From assembly GCA_019637995.1 (NCBI GenBank), contig JAHBUQ010000002.1, positions 323,428-387,427 of the forward strand: a stretch of DNA of 64,000 nucleotides, given 5' to 3'. Origin of the DNA: Ignavibacteriota bacterium (GTDB lineage Bacteria > Bacteroidota > Ignavibacteria > Kapaibacteriales > UBA2268). Below the pieces are notes generated by a model. It searched no databases, had not been told where the DNA came from, and saw only the letters and a program-made list of their open reading frames with translations. The position numbers and the translations under genes were made by a program. This document shows positions 57,983-64,000 of this stretch, piece by piece. Position 1 is the stretch's first letter; each line of letters starts with the position of its first letter.

Positions 57983-58654
57983 GTGAGCAAAGAAGAAGTA
58001 TTAAATTGGTTCGAACATAGATATAATCCTGCTAATATCGAAGGAATGGCAAGATTCGGAATTACGACAACTAAAGCATTCGGCGTGACTGCCGGTCAAC
58101 TCGAAGAGCTCAGAAGGCAAATCAAACGCAATCATCCACTCGCACTCGACCTTTGGGAAACAGGTTTTCATGACGTGAGAATACTCGCTGCATTAATTGC
58201 TGACCCCAAGATAATAGAAGAGCAAACAATAGACAAATGGGCTGGAGATTTCGATAATTGGGCAATATGCGATTCGGTAACCGGTAAGCTCTTTCAAAAA
58301 ACAATGTATGCTTATGACAAAGTTCATGAGTGGCAAAATGATGAAAGACTTTTTGTCAAGCGGGCTTCATTTGCATTAATTGCATGGATTGCGGTTCATC
58401 ATAAGAAGTTGCCGGACAGCTTTTTCAATCAATATATTGACATCATTATCACACATTCAACTGATGAAAGACATTATATCAAAAAAGCAGTAAACTGGGC
58501 ACTCAGACAAATAGGTAAGCGCAACAGAAACTTAGCATTAAAAAGTTTGGATATTTGCGATTTACTTAATGAAAAATATTCGAAAAGTAAAGCTGCAAAA
58601 TGGATTGCATCTGATGCAAGAAGGGAGCTGAAAAGTAAGTACGGAGATTTATAA
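57983..58654 (+). CDS. DNA alkylation repair protein (AlkD-like HEAT fold)
   Basis: DFDNWAICD, W..DE..FVKRA, ER.YIKKAVNWALRQIGKRN; GTG start. Confidence 0.88.
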   Translation: MSKEEVLNWFEHRYNPANIEGMARFGITTTKAFGVTAGQLEELRRQIKRNHPLALDLWETGFHDVRILAALIADPKIIEEQTIDKWAGDFDNWAICDSVTGKLFQKTMYAYDKVHEWQNDERLFVKRASFALIAWIAVHHKKLPDSFFNQYIDIIITHSTDERHYIKKAVNWALRQIGKRNRNLALKSLDICDLLNEKYSKSKAAKWIASDARRELKSKYGDL

Positions 58655-58895
58655 TGTTATCCTGATATCTTAAAAAATACAAAGTATTAAACAAGTCATG
58701 CCTATTTTATTGTTCCCTTGATTTTGGAGTTTGATTATTATTCAGTTATAAAAAAAATTGATTAATATTCATAAAATAAGATGTGGAAATTATTGTGAAT
58801 CAAAAATATTTTTTTAAATTAATATTTTATAATTATATTGCGTTATATTTTTGTACATATTTTTATAATTTTTACTTACTAAAATGAGGTAATTT

Positions 58896-59897
58896 ATGAA
58901 ACATTTTTTTACTATTTGTCTTTGTTTCTTATTTGTAATTCTGATTGCAAAATCTGAAGAACCAAAATTAATGTGGCATACATCCGACAAAGTTCTTAGT
59001 GATATTCTTTACTCTGGAAAAAGTTTTACCGGCGATACTTTGGTTATAGTTGAACAACATTATATCAAACTTATTAATTCATCAAGCTTTGAAATAATGA
59101 GCTCTATACCAATTATGTCTTTTAATTATAGTTCTGCTGACCCCTCAAAAACTTTTACCCAACTCACTCTAAACAATATATACCATATAAACTTGCCATA
59201 CATAATTGTCGGAAATTATCTTTTAAATATTTCCGATAATTCCATTTATGACTATGTTCAAGGTAAATTAATTGACTTTAAGATGAATAATGATGGCAAA
59301 TCTGCATATTTTGTAACTTCAAGCAAAAACAGTAGCAACCAAGAAGAATCAAAATTATATGTCCTTGATTTCGATTCAAAGTCAACAAATGGAATATTTT
59401 CCATTTCACATTTGAACAAGAGCATAGAAAATATACAAAAATTTTCCGCAGATGAGTACATTTTTATTTTTGATGGAAAAATTCATTCCTATACTGATGG
59501 CAAATTTAAGTTGCTAACCATAAATGGTTTGGAAGGTGTTATGATAGACAACTTAAAATCGCATAAGTACAGGGATATAATTTACTTTTACAGCAATAAC
59601 GATACTGCAAAATTATTAAAACTAGACTTAAATAATTTAAAAATCGAGAATATCCCTTCTTTTGACAGTTTTTTCTCTGACAAAGAAAATTATTATTTAG
59701 TCAGTACATTTATTGATGATTTAAATCCAAATAGTATCTCATTTAACTATGTAATAAAAGATGATAAATTTAATATCAATTCAATAAATTATCAACAATC
59801 AATGATTATTAGTTTAGAAAATGAAGAAATAAACAATATTAATTTATTAGATATAAATCCAAATTACTATCAATATCCAAAAAAATATTCAGTTTAA
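58896..59897 (+). CDS. N-terminal part of a frameshifted secreted (T9SS) protein
   Basis: Signal peptide; ends shortly after an A7 tract (59879-59885); the -1 frame is open from 59843 to 62170. Confidence 0.7.
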   Translation: MKHFFTICLCFLFVILIAKSEEPKLMWHTSDKVLSDILYSGKSFTGDTLVIVEQHYIKLINSSSFEIMSSIPIMSFNYSSADPSKTFTQLTLNNIYHINLPYIIVGNYLLNISDNSIYDYVQGKLIDFKMNNDGKSAYFVTSSKNSSNQEESKLYVLDFDSKSTNGIFSISHLNKSIENIQKFSADEYIFIFDGKIHSYTDGKFKLLTINGLEGVMIDNLKSHKYRDIIYFYSNNDTAKLLKLDLNNLKIENIPSFDSFFSDKENYYLVSTFIDDLNPNSISFNYVIKDDKFNINSINYQQSMIISLENEEINNINLLDINPNYYQYPKKYSV

Positions 59898-59917
59898 ATA
59901 ATAACAATGTAGAATAT

Positions 59918-62170
59918 TTGTTTTATGTACAAGACTGGGTGAATAATTACTTTAATGTTGATATAATGAATGTCGATATTAGAAGTAGTCAGGGAACTTT
60001 AGTCCAACAATTTAATCTTACGCGATCAAGATTTTTGCATTTTGCTAAGCCTTATTTAGCAACATCAGTTGGTCCATATTTAGACTTTATTGATATTAAT
60101 ACAGGGGATTTGATATATACAAAGACTTATGATAAATCCCTCGATATTTATGGGCAACCTTTAAACATCTCGAAAGTGTATTCAAATGACAGCAAAGATG
60201 GTTTCTTGGTGGGTCTTGGTTCTAAAATTATAGACTCTGAAAGTGAAAAGTTTATCGACCATATATTCTCAAAAAGAACTGGAAATATTAGTATTTTACC
60301 AAATTCCATTTCTGATGATCAAACTAAATTGCTTTCTCATGGTAGTCTCATAGATACAAAAACATTAAAAGTACTTAAGAAATTTATTGACGGGTATGTA
60401 TTCTACAATGACTCATTGATTTATTTTACCTCAGGTGAGATAATTTTTGGTAGAGAATATCCAAATATATATAATATCAATAAAGATGAAGTTATTTCAT
60501 TTGATTTGAATATCTATAAAGCATTTAGCGATTACACAAATTCAAACAATAAACTATTCGCAATTTTCAATGAAGAACAAATTGTAAATATTGATATATC
60601 AACTGGAAATTTTAGAGCAATTTCAATATACAAATTTGAGCCGAAGTTAGATGTTATTTTATATGATGTTTCATCAGATAACAAATATGTGGCAATTTTG
60701 TATAAAGAACAGAGTTTTAAATTAAGAGTTTATGACGCAGTTTCACAAAAAATTATATATGACGAAACTCTAAGCAAACAAGGAAGTGTAAATCATCTTA
60801 AATTTATCAAAAATACAGATGAAATTTTCTTCACGGTGTTAAATCCCGATGAAAAAATCAGCAATATTGCCTATATGAAGGCATCTGATTTGAAATTGAA
60901 GTTTAGTAATGATCTGACTCTTAATCATGAATATTATGATCAAGGTAATACTATGGGATTTACAAGTTTTGATTATCATAAAAACAGATTTGTCTATCAG
61001 GGTAAACGAGATGAAATCATATTTCTTGATAAAGAGTTCAAAATTTTACACAATGAAACTTTTAAATCAACATCTTTAGATGATAATACTCTTAGTGTTT
61101 TTAATTCATCATTTGTCGAGCAAATACATCTTTGGAAAGTAAACTCAACTATTTCTTTATATGCCAGGTCTACGATAAATCCAAGAAGAGCTATACATGC
61201 AGATATTTTTTCAACATTCGATCACAACAATAATAAACTAAGTGAATTTTTAATTACAGGATTCACCTATAATATTAGTAAAATAAAACCTTCAATTTAT
61301 AACATTTTTAGTTTGAGAGATAATGTCGCAATATTTGAGCAATATTATTTAAAGGATGAGATCAAATTAGTTGCAAATATAAGCAATAGTGCTGGTTTGG
61401 ATCCTAATTATTCGCTATCTGATGATGATTCAAAGTTCCTTGCAACAGATGGTTCTAAGATTTATACTTTTGACTTGGCTAATAAATCAGTAAGCGGTTT
61501 ATTTGATGCACGGCAATATCACAACAATGATTTCGTATATAACAATTCTTGTGTGATTCAATATGCTAATCCCAAAATAACTCAACCGGGCAATATAATT
61601 TATATCAATGATATAGCTTCGGGGAATTTAATCGAACAGAAGGTAATTGAAAAATCAAATATTTATCCGCATAGAATTGTTAAATTTTTAAATATTCCCG
61701 GAAGAAATTCTTTTGTTACAGCCCATCAAGACGGCACAATAAGATTTTGGGATAAAGGCACCAATACTCCGAAGCATCTCATAAATACTTATAGTCCGGT
61801 GAGTGATATGCTTTTGATTCAGAGCAAATATCTTATTGCCAAAACTACTGATAATCTGCTTGTTGGTATTCAACTCAATGATTTTCAAGGTACATCAGTA
61901 GAAGATACTGAGGATAATTCTATAGAATTTTCTATGAAAATCTATCCGAATCCTTCTTCTGAATTTATTGAAATCAAGATTAATTCTGGAGAATTGAGTG
62001 ATAAAAAACTTAAAGTAATTAACCCATTAGGTATTGATGTAACGAGTATTTGCAACATAAACTCATCAAACAACTTTAAGACTGTTATAAGAGTTGATAT
62101 TTCAATGCTTCCAAGCGGTGTTTATATTATTCAAATTGGTGAAAAAACTGAAAAATTTGTAAAAATTTAA
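59918..62170 (+). CDS. C-terminal part of the same protein: WD40/propeller-like repeats plus T9SS C-terminal sorting domain
   Basis: No signal peptide or convincing start; VTAHQDGTIRFWD WD40 motif; KIYPNPSS...LPSGVYIIQIG..TEKFVKI CTD. Confidence 0.75.
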   Translation: MFYVQDWVNNYFNVDIMNVDIRSSQGTLVQQFNLTRSRFLHFAKPYLATSVGPYLDFIDINTGDLIYTKTYDKSLDIYGQPLNISKVYSNDSKDGFLVGLGSKIIDSESEKFIDHIFSKRTGNISILPNSISDDQTKLLSHGSLIDTKTLKVLKKFIDGYVFYNDSLIYFTSGEIIFGREYPNIYNINKDEVISFDLNIYKAFSDYTNSNNKLFAIFNEEQIVNIDISTGNFRAISIYKFEPKLDVILYDVSSDNKYVAILYKEQSFKLRVYDAVSQKIIYDETLSKQGSVNHLKFIKNTDEIFFTVLNPDEKISNIAYMKASDLKLKFSNDLTLNHEYYDQGNTMGFTSFDYHKNRFVYQGKRDEIIFLDKEFKILHNETFKSTSLDDNTLSVFNSSFVEQIHLWKVNSTISLYARSTINPRRAIHADIFSTFDHNNNKLSEFLITGFTYNISKIKPSIYNIFSLRDNVAIFEQYYLKDEIKLVANISNSAGLDPNYSLSDDDSKFLATDGSKIYTFDLANKSVSGLFDARQYHNNDFVYNNSCVIQYANPKITQPGNIIYINDIASGNLIEQKVIEKSNIYPHRIVKFLNIPGRNSFVTAHQDGTIRFWDKGTNTPKHLINTYSPVSDMLLIQSKYLIAKTTDNLLVGIQLNDFQGTSVEDTEDNSIEFSMKIYPNPSSEFIEIKINSGELSDKKLKVINPLGIDVTSICNINSSNNFKTVIRVDISMLPSGVYIIQIGEKTEKFVKI

Positions 62171-62194
62171 TAATCAAATTAAAATATTTTCTAC

Positions 62195-62265
62195 TGGATG
62201 TATCATTTCATTCATATTGACAAAGCCAATTGTCAGACTGAATGAAAAGATGCATCCATTTTTTT
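62195..62265 (+). terminator. Long imperfect hairpin with a T7 tail (terminator or structured RNA)
   Basis: TGGATGTATC/GATGCATCCA, TTTCATTCA/TGAATGAAA and TGACAA/TTGTCA nested stems, 25 nt after the stop codon. Confidence 0.6.
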
Positions 62266-62296
62266 AGTTTGTATTTTTATGGATTCAGCCATTTGA

Positions 62297-62404
62297 TTTC
62301 AAATATTCAATCTTAAGAATGACCTCGCGGATGCTTTCAAACAAGTTGAATTAATTCGCTCCGGTAAACTCAAAAAACAAAGTAAGGAAGATATTTTTGA
62401 ATGA
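62297..62404 (+). pseudogene. Start-less fragment resembling the C-terminus of a small antitoxin-like protein
   Basis: Hand translation FQIFNLKNDLADAFKQVELIRSGKLKKQSKEDIFE*, preceded by an in-frame TGA; family resemblance from memory only. Confidence 0.35.
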
Positions 62405-62436
62405 GATAAATTAGTCATTTTTTTATATTTTACACA

Positions 62437-62901
62437 TTTTTCCACCCTTTCTTTTATATTAATTATAAATGCCGTATTTATGTATATTTAATAATTTATA
62501 ACATCAAAATCATAAATTTATTAATAATTACGAAAAATGTATAAAAATAACAAATTACAAAGTTATTCACAAAAAAGTAATTAACGTCTGTACCTTAACG
62601 GGCTTTTTCCGTTCATTTCACTTGCTGGTGTGTCTTTCATTGTTGCAACCATCCCAATATCCTGAATTGCTGAAGATATAATTTCTTTGAATAAATCTTT
62701 GTTATTATTCATCATATCCATAATTGCGGATTTAATCATTGATTCCGACAGAACATTTTCAGTTAAGTTTTGCATTTCTTTTTCTCAATTAATTTAAAAC
62801 ATAATATAACAACGTAAATTAAAATATTTTCATTTATTGAAATGTAAAATTCTTTTTCCCATCCATTCTTTTATTTTAAACATAAATACCGTATTTTTGT
62901 A
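62437..62901 (+). repeat. 48-bp imperfect direct repeat (62437-62484 and 62854-62901)
   Basis: Ungapped hand alignment at offset 417 gives 40/48 identical positions. Confidence 0.7.
62581..62775 (-). CDS. Small antitoxin-like protein (possibly C-terminally degenerate)
   Basis: IKSAIMDMM..NKDLFKEIISSAIQDIGMV.TMKD amphipathic pattern typical of small TA-associated proteins; family recalled, not verified. Confidence 0.4.
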   Translation of the reverse strand: MQNLTENVLSESMIKSAIMDMMNNNKDLFKEIISSAIQDIGMVATMKDTPASEMNGKSPLRYRR

Positions 62902-62935
62902 ATATTGATTTAATGATGATTTAACAAAAGGATTT

Positions 62936-64000
62936 ATGATTATGCAAAGATTAACTGCTTTAGTCATTGGAATTTTATTTATTGCTATAGGCGCATTTTC
63001 GCAGGAAGCAAGATTATTAAGATACCCTAATACTTCAGAAACTCAGGTTTCATTTATCTATGGTGGTGATGTTTATATTGCACCGATTTCGGGGGGTATT
63101 GCACAACGAATCACCACTTCGGAAGGATTGGAACGTTATCCAAGATTCTCTCCCGATGGCAGTAAGCTCGCTTTTACAGCTGAATACGACGGAAATAATG
63201 AAATTTACACAATTGATTTGAAAGATAATTTCCTTAATCCAAAACGTATTACTTATTCATTTATGGAAAGTGGTGTTGCTGAACGTCAGGGACCCGATAA
63301 ATTAATCATGCAATGGACTTCCGACGGCTCGAAAATTCTTTACCGAAGCCGCCATATTGGATGGAATTTAGCAGGGCAACTATTTTTTGTTGGTCAGGAT
63401 GGAGGACTTCCGGAGCAGTTGCCTGTTCCACGCGGAGGTTTTGCCACTCTCAGTCCGGACGGAAAGAAGATTGCTTATAACCGCATATTTCGCCAGTACC
63501 GTACATGGAAACGTTACAGTGGCGGGCAGGCAGATGATATCAGAATTTATGACCTGACAAACGGGCAATCCGAGAATATTAGCAATACGAAGTTTCAGGA
63601 TATTATTCCAATATGGGCAGGCGATAAGATTTATTATCTATCAGACCGCGATTTTACTATGAACCTTTTCTGCTATGATTTAACTACCAAACAGACCAAG
63701 AAAATCACAGAATTTACAGAATTTGATGTTAAATTTCCTTCTCTTGGTGCAAAACATATTGCTTTTGAAAATGGCGGTTATATTTATCTGATGGATTTAG
63801 TTTCGCAAAATGTGCAAAAATTAGAAATATTCATCACTAATGATTTTGCTGCTGTGCGTCCATCACCGGAAAAAGTAAGTAGCAGAATTACATCCGGTGA
63901 TGTTTCTCCTAATGCTCTTCGTGCAGTTTTTTCAGCACGCGGCGATATCTATACCGTGCCAGCAAGCAAAGGTAAAATCGAAAATCTGACAAATGAATCT
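62936..64000 (+). CDS. Tricorn protease (S41) homolog, 5' part (runs off the window end)
   Basis: Hand translation MIMQRLTALVIG...ARLLRYP...FIYGGDVY...PRFSPDGSKLAFTAEYDGNNEIY...TWKRYSGGQADDI; not in the ORF track because it has no stop in the window. Confidence 0.92.
   Translation, partial: MIMQRLTALVIGILFIAIGAFSQEARLLRYPNTSETQVSFIYGGDVYIAPISGGIAQRITTSEGLERYPRFSPDGSKLAFTAEYDGNNEIYTIDLKDNFLNPKRITYSFMESGVAERQGPDKLIMQWTSDGSKILYRSRHIGWNLAGQLFFVGQDGGLPEQLPVPRGGFATLSPDGKKIAYNRIFRQYRTWKRYSGGQADDIRIYDLTNGQSENISNTKFQDIIPIWAGDKIYYLSDRDFTMNLFCYDLTTKQTKKITEFTEFDVKFPSLGAKHIAFENGGYIYLMDLVSQNVQKLEIFITNDFAAVRPSPEKVSSRITSGDVSPNALRAVFSARGDIYTVPASKGKIENLTNES

Noticed and set aside
1-64000. Alternative genetic code or stop readthrough; tRNA and rRNA genes; transposases and integrases
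   Set aside because: Conserved proteins are full length under code 11, and no cloverleaf, rRNA-like or recombinase sequence was recognised by eye. A tRNAscan/Infernal run would be the decisive check.

Overview
AT-rich bacterial chromosomal window, most likely from the FCB group (Candidatus Kapabacteria/Ignavibacteria-like). This is inferred from PorZ and T9SS C-terminal-domain cargo proteins, Bacteroidota-type TAnnTTTG promoter boxes used alongside ordinary Shine-Dalgarno sites, and flagellar genes. 1-10.5 kb: fused str + S10 + start of spc ribosomal protein superoperon on the minus strand (rpsL to partial rplE). Its fusA looks like a recycling-type EF-G2 rather than a canonical translocase. 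10.7-22.3 kb: housekeeping and envelope genes. 22.3-26.4 kb: compact flagellar filament module (fliC, fliS, fliD, flaG, fliT-like, flgM) with two matching sigma28-type promoters and CsrA-type GGA motifs at both ends of the flagellin transcript. 26.5-58.7 kb: mixed housekeeping and envelope genes (ssb, MCE, VWA-OmpA, two M28 peptidases, pyrE, NfeD/flotillin pair, T9SS cargo, FKBP, ribH, porZ, DksA/TraR, thiolase, REC-pseudokinase, accA, coaX, folC, AlkD-like). 58.7-62.9 kb: AT-rich accessory patch with a T9SS protein split at an A7 tract, a long hairpin, two antitoxin-like remnants and a 48-bp direct repeat. The window ends inside a tricorn protease gene. I found no rRNA, tRNA, CRISPR array, transposase or integrase. 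All family assignments are by motif recognition only; no database searches were run.
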